In this document: in pieces, positions 19,102 to 28,957 of the stretch
Numbering within the stretch: position 1 is the first letter of the stretch
How the letters are laid out: every line of letters begins with the position of its first letter
Source of the DNA: Thermodesulfobacteriota bacterium
GTDB taxonomy: Bacteria > Desulfobacterota > Desulfobacteria > Desulfobacterales > SURF-7
Reading direction: 5' to 3'
Length of the DNA: 64,000 nt
Assembly (NCBI GenBank): GCA_049320885.1
Contig: JBMORA010000030.1
Coordinates: 1 to 64,000 of the forward strand
The notes under the pieces: generated by a model
Seen by the model: only the letters and a program-made list of their open reading frames with translations
The model's database searches: none
What the model was told of the DNA's origin: nothing
Program-made: the position numbers and the translations under genes

Positions 19102-21048
19102 TTATTGCCGACCCTGCCGGAATTCCTCTCTGTTGTCCAAGCGGATTTCGGCAGCCGGAAACGGTCGGTATTCCGGAACCATGTCTCTCAATTTGTCCAT
19201 GATCCCGGACCGGCTTTGGGTTTCCGCAATGGCCGCCAATTCCATCACCGCCCCGATCAGGTTGCCCGATTCCTGTTGGACGGCGCCTTTCAATACCATG
19301 ATTTTCTCATGACTGGTAGGCACCACGCCTTCATCCGCGGTGATCAACTCCTCGTAAAGCTTTTCCCCGGGTCGCAAACCGATATAGCGGATCTGAATCT
19401 CCTCATCGGGCACGAAACCCGAAAAACGAATCAAATCCCGGGCCATGTCGGCAATTTTGATCGGCGACCCCATTTCCAGCAAATAAATTTCTCCACCATT
19501 TTCATCCGCCATGGCGCCGGCTTGCAGAATCAACTGGCAGGCTTCGGGTATCATCATGAAATAGCGCGTGACATCCGGATGGGTTACCGTAACCGGCCCT
19601 CCCTTCTCGATCTGTTTCTTGAACAGTGGAATCACGCTGCCGACGCTGCCGACAACATTGCCGAAACGGACGATCATGAAACGGGTCAAACAGCGGCTGT
19701 CGGTTTTCCGGCCTTGAATCAGCATTTCGGCCACCCGTTTGGAAGCGCCCATGACATTGGCCGGACGTACCGCCTTGTCCGTTGAAACGAAAACAAAACG
19801 GTCTATATCAAATCGAGAAGAAATTTCAACCATGTTGAGCGTGCCGATGATATTGTTTTCCACGGCTTTCCAGGGCTGCAGTTCCAGCATGGGAACATGT
19901 TTGTAGGCGGCAGCATGGAAAACCGTCTGGGGACGATATTGCCGGAACACTTTTTCAAGGGCCTTGCGATCCCGTACGTCACACAGCAAGGGTACGATTT
20001 CGATGGCATCATAACTGGTCCTCAATTCCAGCTCGATTTCGTATAACGGACTTTCGGCGTTATCCAGGAGCAAGAGGCGTTTCGGCTGGAAACGGGCTGC
20101 CTGGCGGCAAAGTTCCGATCCGATGGAACCGCCGGCGCCGGTCACCAGAACGGTCTGGGACTTCAAATAGGCCCCGATTCTCTCCTGATCCAGCCGTATG
20201 GGCTCCCGCCCCAACAGGTCACTGTAGTTGACATCGCGAATGGCCTTTACGGATGCCTTCCCGTTGATCAATTCGCTGTATCCGGGAATGGTTTTGAATT
20301 CAATGCCGCTCTCCCGGCAGTGGGCCACGATTCTGCGCATCTGTTCGCCCCTGGCCGAAGGAATCGCAATCAGGGCCTCATCGGCGTCGGTCTTCAGGGC
20401 CGCTTCCTGGATATCGCTGATGGCTCCCAGCACCGGCACCCCATGGATGGTTTTCCCCAGCTTGTTGGGATCGTCATCCAAAAAACCGGTAACGGAATAG
20501 CCCAGTCGCTCGTTGCTCCGGATTTCCCGGTAGATGGTTTCACCGCAATTGCCGGCGCCGATAATGATCAGTCGTTTCCGGTCTTTTCTCCGGGGAAAGA
20601 TAAAACCGCGGATATCCCCGATGATATTCGGGAAAGCCGGATCACCGCTGATACGTTCATAATAAAAGCGCACGGAAAGACGAAAAGCAGCCACGGAAAA
20701 AATGGTGAAGAACCAATCGATGATCAGCACCGATCGTGAAAAGCCCTCGAAACGATACACAAATGCCACCAGGCTGACGATCAGGAGCGAACTCACGATG
20801 GACGCTTTGATGATGTTGGTCAGATCGGCCACGCTGGTATAGCGCCACATCCCGCGATATAGATGGAAAAGCTTGAAAATCAATAGCTTGATCAAGATTA
20901 CGAAACAGATCATCTGCCGAATCTGACCCAGGAAATAGTCGGGTATGGAAAACTCGAAACGGATCAGGTTGGCGAAATAATAAGAAAGAGCAATCAGCAG
21001 GATATCGATCAAAAGGACCACAAGCATGTTTCGTTTCAGCTTCTTCAC
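19102..21048 (-). CDS. Membrane-bound nucleoside-diphosphate sugar 4,6-dehydratase (PglF/CapD/WbpM family)
   Basis: Four N-terminal TM segments, IIGAG, TGAGGSIGSEL, HAAAYKHVP, STDKAV, RFGNV, RPGEKLYEEL; probable GTG start at 21048. Confidence 0.93.
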   Translation of the reverse strand: MKKLKRNMLVVLLIDILLIALSYYFANLIRFEFSIPDYFLGQIRQMICFVILIKLLIFKLFHLYRGMWRYTSVADLTNIIKASIVSSLLIVSLVAFVYRFEGFSRSVLIIDWFFTIFSVAAFRLSVRFYYERISGDPAFPNIIGDIRGFIFPRRKDRKRLIIIGAGNCGETIYREIRSNERLGYSVTGFLDDDPNKLGKTIHGVPVLGAISDIQEAALKTDADEALIAIPSARGEQMRRIVAHCRESGIEFKTIPGYSELINGKASVKAIRDVNYSDLLGREPIRLDQERIGAYLKSQTVLVTGAGGSIGSELCRQAARFQPKRLLLLDNAESPLYEIELELRTSYDAIEIVPLLCDVRDRKALEKVFRQYRPQTVFHAAAYKHVPMLELQPWKAVENNIIGTLNMVEISSRFDIDRFVFVSTDKAVRPANVMGASKRVAEMLIQGRKTDSRCLTRFMIVRFGNVVGSVGSVIPLFKKQIEKGGPVTVTHPDVTRYFMMIPEACQLILQAGAMADENGGEIYLLEMGSPIKIADMARDLIRFSGFVPDEEIQIRYIGLRPGEKLYEELITADEGVVPTSHEKIMVLKGAVQQESGNLIGAVMELAAIAETQSRSGIMDKLRDMVPEYRPFPAAEIRLDNREEFRQGRQ

Positions 21049-21067
21049 AATAGTATCCACCCGCTGA

Positions 21068-22072
21068 TCATTTTGTCGACGCGGTCTGCCTGCCTGCGAA
21101 AACACTCCGCAGCGTGTGCCGGATTTGAAAACCGCTCTGGACCATTTTCCGGTTGTCGAACACCAGGCTGCGGGCCATTTTTTCATAAACGGCGTGCACC
21201 CATGGCTTTCTTTTCGGTTCCAGCAGACCCCAGATCCGCGATATCAGGAAAACCGCCGACTTCGGAATCCAAATCACAGGCAACCGTGAATGTAAACCGG
21301 TTTTTTGATATGTTTGAATGATGTCCATGAAGCTGTAAGGGGCGGCATCACAGATATTGACGATTTCCGGTATACCCATGGCGCCCATGGGGCGGTCGAT
21401 CAAAAAACGGATATAGTCCACCAGATTCGGTAGCGCCAGGGCTGACAAGCGTTGCCTTCCGTCGCCGACCCGTAGAAAGGCGAACCTCCCGGGAAGCATG
21501 ACCCGGCGATCCAAATTGAAATGCCAGGCGGCATCATATACCGGTGCAAGCCGCAGAATACGGAGGCTGCCGGCTCCCTCCTTTTTTTTGATGAAAGCCA
21601 GACGCTCTTCCGCCGCCAGTTTGCTGAACGCATAATCCCCCGCCGGCCGGCAGGGATGCGACTCATCCGTTGGCACCGCCAAACCGGTTTCACCATAGAC
21701 GGATACGGAAGAAAGGTGAATGAAATGGACCTCCGGATTGGCGATGAAAGCGGCTTCCGCTAATCCCGCCGCAGCCTCGCAATTGATGCGCAGATACGTC
21801 TCCCGGGGCACGGATTTCCGTCCCTGGTGGGCGATTCCGGCGCAATGGATCACATAATCCGGCTTGAATTCACTGCAAATTCTTTTTATACCGGACCGAT
21901 CCTGCAGATCCATCCCTTCCAGCAAGGCTCCGTCCCGGCCGGCGGGTCTGTGACGGTGATAGAGGCCTTTTACCCGGTTGCCGGCGGCAAGTTCACGGCC
22001 AAGAGCGCTGCCGATCCTGCCCGATACGCCGGTGATCAGAATGTTTTTCAGATTGGATGTTGTTTTTTCCAC
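21068..22072 (-). CDS. NAD-dependent epimerase/dehydratase (possible UDP-4-keto-6-deoxy-HexNAc reductase)
   Basis: ILITGVSGRIG, IHCAGIAH, SSVSVYG, YAFSK (YxxxK); start estimated. Confidence 0.82.
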   Translation of the reverse strand: MEKTTSNLKNILITGVSGRIGSALGRELAAGNRVKGLYHRHRPAGRDGALLEGMDLQDRSGIKRICSEFKPDYVIHCAGIAHQGRKSVPRETYLRINCEAAAGLAEAAFIANPEVHFIHLSSVSVYGETGLAVPTDESHPCRPAGDYAFSKLAAEERLAFIKKKEGAGSLRILRLAPVYDAAWHFNLDRRVMLPGRFAFLRVGDGRQRLSALALPNLVDYIRFLIDRPMGAMGIPEIVNICDAAPYSFMDIIQTYQKTGLHSRLPVIWIPKSAVFLISRIWGLLEPKRKPWVHAVYEKMARSLVFDNRKMVQSGFQIRHTLRSVFAGRQTASTK

Positions 22073-24009
22073 GCCTGAAACATCAGTACGTCCCACAGAT
22101 GATATTGCCAGTTGCGCTGCCCGGACAAATGCTCCCGCCACTTTTGTCGGATGGGTCCGGGATGCAGAAACCCCTCCTCGCCAAGACATTTTTCCGCCAG
22201 CAGATCCTCCGCCCATTCCCGCAACTCTTTCCGCAACCAGGAATCGATGGGGATGCCGAAGCCGGTTTTGGGTCTTTCCACCAGGTCGCGGGGAACATAT
22301 CCATCCAGTACTTTCCTCAGAATCCATTTGCCCCGTCCCTCGCGGATCTTCATCGAAAGCGGCAGACGCCAGGCGAATTCCACCACCCGATGATCGATCA
22401 TCGGCACCCGGGCTTCCAGGGCAACCCCCATGCTGGCCCTGTCCACCTTGGTCAGAATATCATCCGGCAGGTAATTAACCAGGTCCAGATACATCATCGT
22501 ATGGGTGAATTCCCCCAGAAACGGATGCCGTTCCTTTTGCGTGATCCCCGTGGGCGGTTCCTTTCCGTCCACCACCATCCGTTCCGGATGGTTCCAGTGG
22601 GAAAGCAACAGCTGATACATATCTTCCGGATCATTCGATGCCAGGACAGCGGCGAGTTTATGCACGCGATCGCCCGGCATATCCAGTTTGAACCGACCGG
22701 GCAGCCGGCGGATGATGGGTTGCAGGAATGCGTCCCAGGATAAGGGAGAAATCCGTTGAAGCATTCCGGCGGCGCCTTTTCGGATACGGCGCGGCAGGCG
22801 TCCCGCGGTTTTCCAGATGTTGCGTCCCCAGAAATACCGGTTGTACCCGCCGAACAATTCATCTCCGCCGTCCCCGGACAAGCTTACCGTCACATGTTCC
22901 CGGGTCAGTTTGGAAAGCAGATAGGTCGGCACCTGGGAAGAATCGGCAAAAGGCTCGTCGTACAACCTCGGCAGTTCGGGAATCACTCCCAGCGCATCTT
23001 CCGCCGTCACATACAATTCCGTATGATCGGTTCCGAGATGCGCGGCCACTTCCCTGGCATGGCGGGCTTCGTCATATCCTTCTTCCCGGAACCCGATGGA
23101 AAACGTCCGCACTTTCCGGGAACTCTGGGCCTGCATGAGCGCCACGACCGTGGAGGAGTCGATCCCGCCGGACAGGAAGGCGCCGATGGGAACGTCGCTG
23201 ATCATGCGCCGGCCCACCGCATCCTTCAGAAGTTCATCCAATCGCTGAACAGCTTCGGCATCTGAAATGGAAAGCGGTCGCCGCTGGCCCGCTTCCGCAA
23301 TGTCTCCGGCCGACCAATATGGTTCCGGCAGCGGGATTTCCTTGTCTCCCCGGAGGACCTCATGAGGAAGCCGCAGCAGGGTGCCGGGCATGAGTTTGCG
23401 GACATCCCGGTAGATCGAATAGGGGGCGGGAATGTAATTGTGCCGGAAAAAAAGCGTCAAGGCATTTCGATCCACGCACGGCCGGAAATCCGGATGAGCG
23501 ATCAATGGTTTCAGTTCCGAACCGAAAAGGAATCCATTGCGGTACCTGCCGTAATACAGGGGTTTGATCCCCAGGCGGTCCCGACACAGAATGAGCGTAC
23601 GCTCCTTCCGATCCCAGACGGCGAAGGCGAACATGCCGATGAACTGCTTCACCGATGTCTCGATGCCCCAGGAATCCATGGCGGCCAGCATCACCTCCGT
23701 ATCCGAATGTCCGCGCCAGTGGATTTGCCGGTTTTCGAGATCATGTCGAAGTCGGGCGAAATTATAAACCTCGCCGTTATATGCCATCACATAGCGCCCT
23801 GACGGCGAGATCATCGGCTGATGGCCGTCGGCGGAGAGATCGATGATCGCCAGCCGTCGATGCGCCAGCCCGACACCGGCCGCCTCGTCATACCAGACGC
23901 CCTGGTCATCCGGGCCCCGGTGGGCCATGGTCCGGGCCATGCGCTCCAGGATCTCCCCATATTCAATCCGGGAAGTTTCGGTTGCAACAAATCCGGTTAT
24001 GCCGCACAT
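22048..24009 (-). CDS. asnB: Asparagine synthase (glutamine-hydrolysing) family amidotransferase
   Basis: N-terminal MCGITG, HRGPDD, NGEVYN, LSGGIDS, SGDGGDELFGGY; its position in a polysaccharide cluster suggests sugar amidation. Confidence 0.93.
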   Translation of the reverse strand: MCGITGFVATETSRIEYGEILERMARTMAHRGPDDQGVWYDEAAGVGLAHRRLAIIDLSADGHQPMISPSGRYVMAYNGEVYNFARLRHDLENRQIHWRGHSDTEVMLAAMDSWGIETSVKQFIGMFAFAVWDRKERTLILCRDRLGIKPLYYGRYRNGFLFGSELKPLIAHPDFRPCVDRNALTLFFRHNYIPAPYSIYRDVRKLMPGTLLRLPHEVLRGDKEIPLPEPYWSAGDIAEAGQRRPLSISDAEAVQRLDELLKDAVGRRMISDVPIGAFLSGGIDSSTVVALMQAQSSRKVRTFSIGFREEGYDEARHAREVAAHLGTDHTELYVTAEDALGVIPELPRLYDEPFADSSQVPTYLLSKLTREHVTVSLSGDGGDELFGGYNRYFWGRNIWKTAGRLPRRIRKGAAGMLQRISPLSWDAFLQPIIRRLPGRFKLDMPGDRVHKLAAVLASNDPEDMYQLLLSHWNHPERMVVDGKEPPTGITQKERHPFLGEFTHTMMYLDLVNYLPDDILTKVDRASMGVALEARVPMIDHRVVEFAWRLPLSMKIREGRGKWILRKVLDGYVPRDLVERPKTGFGIPIDSWLRKELREWAEDLLAEKCLGEEGFLHPGPIRQKWREHLSGQRNWQYHLWDVLMFQAWKKQHPI

Positions 24010-24104
24010 AGCTGATTCATCTTTATTTGAAGTAAGCCATCCGGGTTATCCGTTATAGCCGTCTGTTCCTCTCGTCACGGAACGATTTCGGACAGGATCG
24101 AAGG

Positions 24105-25307
24105 CTATCCGGTTGATCCTGTTCCAGGTATCGCAAGGATGTTTTGATACAGTGTTTCATATCGTTTTGCAACAACGCCGATGTCAAAATTCGATTGAAT
24201 CCGTTTGCGGGCAGCCTTTCCAAGCTCCAAACGGGACTTACGGCTCAATCCGATCATGGTCTTCCAGGCCTGAAAAAGGGCCTCTGGATTGCGCGCAGGC
24301 ACAACCATTCCGGTATTGCCGACGAGATGAGCGGAATCACCGACATCAGTCACGACACAGGGGATGCCGCAGGACATTGCCTCACCGATAACATTGGGAA
24401 ATCCTTCGGCCCAGGACGACGAAGTGGCAATGTCCATGGCCGCGTGGATATGAGGCATGTCTTCTCTTTCTCCCAGGAGGCAGGTATGATCCGCGACGCC
24501 AGCGGCTTCCACCAGGGTGAACAGCGCCCGGTTCGTCTTTTCGATCCCCTTTCCTGCCAGGACAAAGCGAACAGCCGGGCAATCCTGTCGCAACCGACTG
24601 GCCGCTTTGAAAAATGTTTCATGATCCTTCATGGGATGAAATCGACCCATCAGACCGACCAGCAGCGCATCCTTTTCCAGCCCCAGGGATTGACGCAGGT
24701 AATCGCCGGCAACGTCATCGGGATGGAAGCGATCGGTGTCGAAACCATTATACAGGATCGCGCTGTTGCTCTCTGCATAGCCGATACCGGAATGCTGCCG
24801 CAGGCTGATTGTGGAATTGTATATCACCTGGTCAACTCTGGAAGAAATCCACGCCCCCAGCCTGATGAGCAGCGCTGTCAATGGTTTTTCGGCGTTCAGG
24901 CTATAGAGGGATTGACGGATATTCCATACCACCCGGCTGTGAATTGACGGGAAAAGCCCCGCCAGCGAGGCTGCCAGATTTCCATGGTACATCCAGCCCT
25001 GGATGATATCGGGTTGCAGGAATGTGATTATCCGCAGAAAACGGCTGAAAGCCGCTGGTATGGAAAGGCCGCGCCTTGTCAGCCCGAGCGAATACACCGC
25101 TGTTCCCGTTTTCCCATACGGTTCCAAAAGCTTTCCGGGGGGCAGTAATGAAATGACACTGTGGCTGCAAGATGGGTGGTGGAATTTTGATAACAACCGG
25201 TACAACATCATTTCCGCCCCGCCGATATCCAGATCGGTGATGACATGACAGATCCGTTTCCTGGCCACTGCTTCTTTGCGGCATATGCGGTTATTTTTTC
25301 GTTTCAA
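24105..25307 (-). CDS. Glycosyltransferase family 4
   Basis: GGAEMML, WMYH, GRFHPMKD, EGFPNVIGEAMSCG. Confidence 0.92.
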   Translation of the reverse strand: MKRKNNRICRKEAVARKRICHVITDLDIGGAEMMLYRLLSKFHHPSCSHSVISLLPPGKLLEPYGKTGTAVYSLGLTRRGLSIPAAFSRFLRIITFLQPDIIQGWMYHGNLAASLAGLFPSIHSRVVWNIRQSLYSLNAEKPLTALLIRLGAWISSRVDQVIYNSTISLRQHSGIGYAESNSAILYNGFDTDRFHPDDVAGDYLRQSLGLEKDALLVGLMGRFHPMKDHETFFKAASRLRQDCPAVRFVLAGKGIEKTNRALFTLVEAAGVADHTCLLGEREDMPHIHAAMDIATSSSWAEGFPNVIGEAMSCGIPCVVTDVGDSAHLVGNTGMVVPARNPEALFQAWKTMIGLSRKSRLELGKAARKRIQSNFDIGVVAKRYETLYQNILAIPGTGSTG

Positions 25308-26415
25308 TTGAAGACAGGACCTTTTCCGTTGTTTCCACCAGCTTTTCCAGACTGAAATGGCCGACTATCCGCTGTCTGATGGATCCGGCATCCAGCTCGG
25401 AATGTTGGTGGACCATTGTTTCAATGCCTTCCGCCAGCGCTTTCGGATCGTCCGGTGAAACAACCATCCCAACGTTCCCCACAATGACAGCTGAGTCCCC
25501 CACGTCGGTTACGACACAGGGAACGCCGCAGGACATTGCCTCGCCCACGGCGTTGGAGAACCCCTCCCCATAAACGGAAGCGGAAACCATGATGTCCAAC
25601 CCGTTGTAGACCAGCGTCATATCGCTGCTTTCTCCTTCCCAGAGAACCTTTTCATTCAGATTCAGCGAGGTCACCAGGTTGCGAAGCCTTTCCATCTCCC
25701 TGGAAGCTCCCCTGCCGACACAAACGAATTTTATCCGGGCATATTTTTCCGCCAACAGGCTCGCTGCTTTTAAAAAAACCTGATGGCCTTTCATCGGGTC
25801 GATCCGCCCTATCAGCCCAACCAGGAGTTCCCCGTCGCTGATCATCCAGCGTGACCGCATTTGAATTCTCTTCCCGCTGTCGGGACGGAAAGTATCCGTA
25901 TCGATGCCGTTCGGTATAACGACGAGGCGATCCTCGGGGAAACCATTCGCGACGGCATGACGGGAACCGCAAATGGAATTGCTGATTACCAGATCCGAAA
26001 ACCTGGAAAGAAAACATTCCAGCCGATACGACAGTGCCGCGATGCTATCATACCGGGAAAGATCCATATTGGATGCCCGCACTGTCCATACCGATTTGAC
26101 TTCCCGAAAAAACGGTTTCGTCAAAACCGAAACGATATTGGATGGTCCGAGAAAACTGTAGACCATCTGAGGATTGAATTTCCTCAGAATTCGAGCAAAA
26201 CGGAGAAAGAATCGGACGACATCCCACCGGCCCCTCTTTTCGAGGGACACGGTCGGTATACCCGTATCGGCCAATTCTCTTCTGAATTCACCCAGATCAT
26301 AGAAAACCGCCACGACCACCCGATGACCTCTCCGGTGAAGTCCTTTGGCGATGGCGACGAGTTGGCGTTCCGCTCCGCCCCGTTCCAGGGACCGGGATAA
26401 AAACAATATCCGCAT
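25291..26415 (-). CDS. Glycosyltransferase family 4
   Basis: GGAERQL, IPNGID, GRIDPMKG, EGFSNAVGEAMSCG. Confidence 0.92.
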   Translation of the reverse strand: MRILFLSRSLERGGAERQLVAIAKGLHRRGHRVVVAVFYDLGEFRRELADTGIPTVSLEKRGRWDVVRFFLRFARILRKFNPQMVYSFLGPSNIVSVLTKPFFREVKSVWTVRASNMDLSRYDSIAALSYRLECFLSRFSDLVISNSICGSRHAVANGFPEDRLVVIPNGIDTDTFRPDSGKRIQMRSRWMISDGELLVGLIGRIDPMKGHQVFLKAASLLAEKYARIKFVCVGRGASREMERLRNLVTSLNLNEKVLWEGESSDMTLVYNGLDIMVSASVYGEGFSNAVGEAMSCGVPCVVTDVGDSAVIVGNVGMVVSPDDPKALAEGIETMVHQHSELDAGSIRQRIVGHFSLEKLVETTEKVLSSIETKK

Positions 26416-26419
26416 ACTG

Positions 26420-27139
26420 TCAGCTCATCTTTCGCGCCTCAAAATAAATATTGGGCGCGGCAATCGCCACGCCGTACCGACCGAGGACCAGGCGGATCAG
26501 ACTCTTCAGTTTTCCAGGCATGGTCCTGCCCTTTATGGCGACAAAGGCCCTTATTTTGACATGCGGATCGGGGAAAAAGCGTTCCAGCTCCCGCTGGATG
26601 TCCCCTGTTCCGAACGACCGCTTATGTCCCCACCGGTGAAAGATCTCTTCACAATTGGGACAAATGACCACATTGGCCCCCAGCTGTTCCCGATAGGGTA
26701 CGGTACCGATGAACCAGCCCCCTGTCTTCATCACCCGGTGCACTTCGGCAAGCCCTTTTTCAAACTGATCTTTTTCCAAATGTTCAAGAACCTCGGAGGC
26801 AATTACGAAGTCGAACATTTCGTCCATGAACGGCATCTGTTCCATATATCCCCTGGATGCCTTGATGTTCTTCGATACCAGACGCTCGACGGTTCGGGGG
26901 TCCGGATCAAGGGAATGGATATCGAACCGCTTCCGTCGGGCGGTTTCTTCGAGATATCCGTCCCCCGCTCCGATATTCAACAAACCGATGGAACCGGAGC
27001 GGCTTTTTTCAACTACTTTTTTCAACAGAAAATCAATGCGGGGTTTCGCACCGGCGAAACTGGCCTGCGATTCATTTTGATAGTAGGTCCATAATCTATC
27101 CTGGCTCAAATTTCCTGATCCCAACCGAATGTCACTCAT
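26420..27139 (-). CDS. Class I SAM-dependent methyltransferase
   Basis: LLNIGAGDG, FDFVIASEVLEHL, RVMKTGG; start uncertain. Confidence 0.85.
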   Translation of the reverse strand: MSDIRLGSGNLSQDRLWTYYQNESQASFAGAKPRIDFLLKKVVEKSRSGSIGLLNIGAGDGYLEETARRKRFDIHSLDPDPRTVERLVSKNIKASRGYMEQMPFMDEMFDFVIASEVLEHLEKDQFEKGLAEVHRVMKTGGWFIGTVPYREQLGANVVICPNCEEIFHRWGHKRSFGTGDIQRELERFFPDPHVKIRAFVAIKGRTMPGKLKSLIRLVLGRYGVAIAAPNIYFEARKMS

Positions 27140-27176
27140 TCCGGGTCGCTCCATAAATAACCGATGGACAATAATT

Positions 27177-28151
27177 TCATTCTCTCCGCTTCCTTGAATC
27201 CATCCTGTTGCGGTCATGTCTTGCAAGCATCAGCGCCAACGGTAATACGACACACCATAGGATGGTCATGCTCCATCCCCCCCCGAGGTCCCTCGCGGTA
27301 TGCAACGCATGGATGTTCGCATGCCTTCCGGTTCGACCGAGCTGAATCATTTCTTTACCGAACCGAATCGGATCATATCTCCGGAGGAGGTTGCCGTTTT
27401 CCACCAAGTTGGACAGGTGATACAGGTAATGGCCCATCCCATGCCGGATATAGTTCGATACGATGTTTCTGCTGAAACCGTCGCTGCGGAAATAGACGAT
27501 TCGCAGCGGCTCCCTGGTGTTGATTCGTTTATATCTTCTGGCGATCCTGTTCCAGACAATCCCTTCCGGTATGAATTTCATTCCGGTGATTTCCGGGAAC
27601 GGATACTGCCGCAGGATGTCCGTGCGGGTGAAACCCCATCGCTCGAAATAAATGCGGTTTCGGACGACATACGGCAGATCGGTGACAAATGTGTCTGGAT
27701 CGATTTTTCGCGGGTCACCGATCACCTTTCCCGAATAACCGTCACGGCACAGGCAGGTCACTCCGGCGCAACTACGTTGCTGGTCGGCCGATAGCCGGTT
27801 CCAGTGCTTGTGGAATACATCCAGTGTCTCGGGAAGGAAAGCATCATCGGAGTCCGCCGGGAGGAAAAAACGTCCCCTGGCCAGGGCGACCCCTCTGTTC
27901 ATGGCCACATGCTTGCCGGCGTTCTCCTGATAATGATAACGAATGGGAAAATCAGCCGTTTTCCGGAATTGATCGACCACCAGGCCGGTTCCATCCACCG
28001 ATCCGTCATCAACAATCAACCATTCAAATACAGGGATTCCCTGATGTTCCTTGAACGTCTGCTTGCATAGGCTTTCAAAGACCAGCGCCAGGGTATGGGC
28101 GCGATTAAAGGTCGGTGTAAAAACCGTAAAGAGATATGGATACGTCTTCAT
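27177..28151 (-). CDS. Glycosyltransferase family 2
   Basis: TVFTPTFNR, IVDDGSVD, NAGKHVAMN, ADSDD. Confidence 0.9.
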   Translation of the reverse strand: MKTYPYLFTVFTPTFNRAHTLALVFESLCKQTFKEHQGIPVFEWLIVDDGSVDGTGLVVDQFRKTADFPIRYHYQENAGKHVAMNRGVALARGRFFLPADSDDAFLPETLDVFHKHWNRLSADQQRSCAGVTCLCRDGYSGKVIGDPRKIDPDTFVTDLPYVVRNRIYFERWGFTRTDILRQYPFPEITGMKFIPEGIVWNRIARRYKRINTREPLRIVYFRSDGFSRNIVSNYIRHGMGHYLYHLSNLVENGNLLRRYDPIRFGKEMIQLGRTGRHANIHALHTARDLGGGWSMTILWCVVLPLALMLARHDRNRMDSRKRRE

Positions 28152-28164
28152 CTCGTGGTCGCTT

Positions 28165-28944
28165 TCAGGAGGAGGATACCTGCAACATTTTTTTCACTTT
28201 CTGGCGCAGCTGCCATGAAAAAAGTTTTTTCGGATGGGAAAGAAGCCAGCTTCCGTGCCATAGCAGCGTCTCTTTTCGCGTCATGACCGGACGTCTGGAG
28301 AAATCGCAGCCGATACCCATTGCCGCATACTTTCTGGCCTGCCTGCGGAACCATTTGCCTCTCTCGATCACATGGATGTATCTCATCACGCCTTTCCAGA
28401 CGCAGTAATAGCCGTTGTCAAAACTCCGGCTTCTCTCGGTGCCGTTGATCTCGAATTCCCAAATGCTCTCGCCCGCCTTTACGACCCGGTGCAATTCGCT
28501 TTTACGCCATAGAGTCGCCTGGGTGGAGACGCGATAGGGGGACGAGATGGCGATCTCGCCGATTTCCGGATATCCGTCGATGGGAAGATCCGGACGCGGA
28601 TTGGGAACAAGCCTCATCATGCCGGCGTCCGTTTCTTCCATCATCCGCAGGCAATTCGAAATGGCTTCCTGATCCACCGGCTCCTGAAGGAAAAAATCCT
28701 CCAGCATGCACAGCACCAATGGCGTGTCGATTTTTCCGATCGCGGCCAAAAGACCGTGGGACCAGCTTCGATCCTCGCCCACCGCCAGGGGCCTGACCCG
28801 TCCGTCCGGATAAATGCGGTGGTTGCTGAGAAGATAGACCGGAAAAGGCAATTCGGGCCAGTAATAAAACAGCAGATGGAAAAAAGGTTTCCAAAGATCC
28901 GCGTACTTGTCGCAGGACATGATCAACAGGGATACGTCTTTCAT
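28165..28944 (-). CDS. Hypothetical protein, probable GT-A-like glycosyltransferase
   Basis: In-operon ORF with SCDKYADLW, LEDFFL, ESIWEFE; flanked by a GT2 and the flippase. Confidence 0.55.
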   Translation of the reverse strand: MKDVSLLIMSCDKYADLWKPFFHLLFYYWPELPFPVYLLSNHRIYPDGRVRPLAVGEDRSWSHGLLAAIGKIDTPLVLCMLEDFFLQEPVDQEAISNCLRMMEETDAGMMRLVPNPRPDLPIDGYPEIGEIAISSPYRVSTQATLWRKSELHRVVKAGESIWEFEINGTERSRSFDNGYYCVWKGVMRYIHVIERGKWFRRQARKYAAMGIGCDFSRRPVMTRKETLLWHGSWLLSHPKKLFSWQLRQKVKKMLQVSSS

Positions 28945-28957
28945 ACGACACTAAAGT

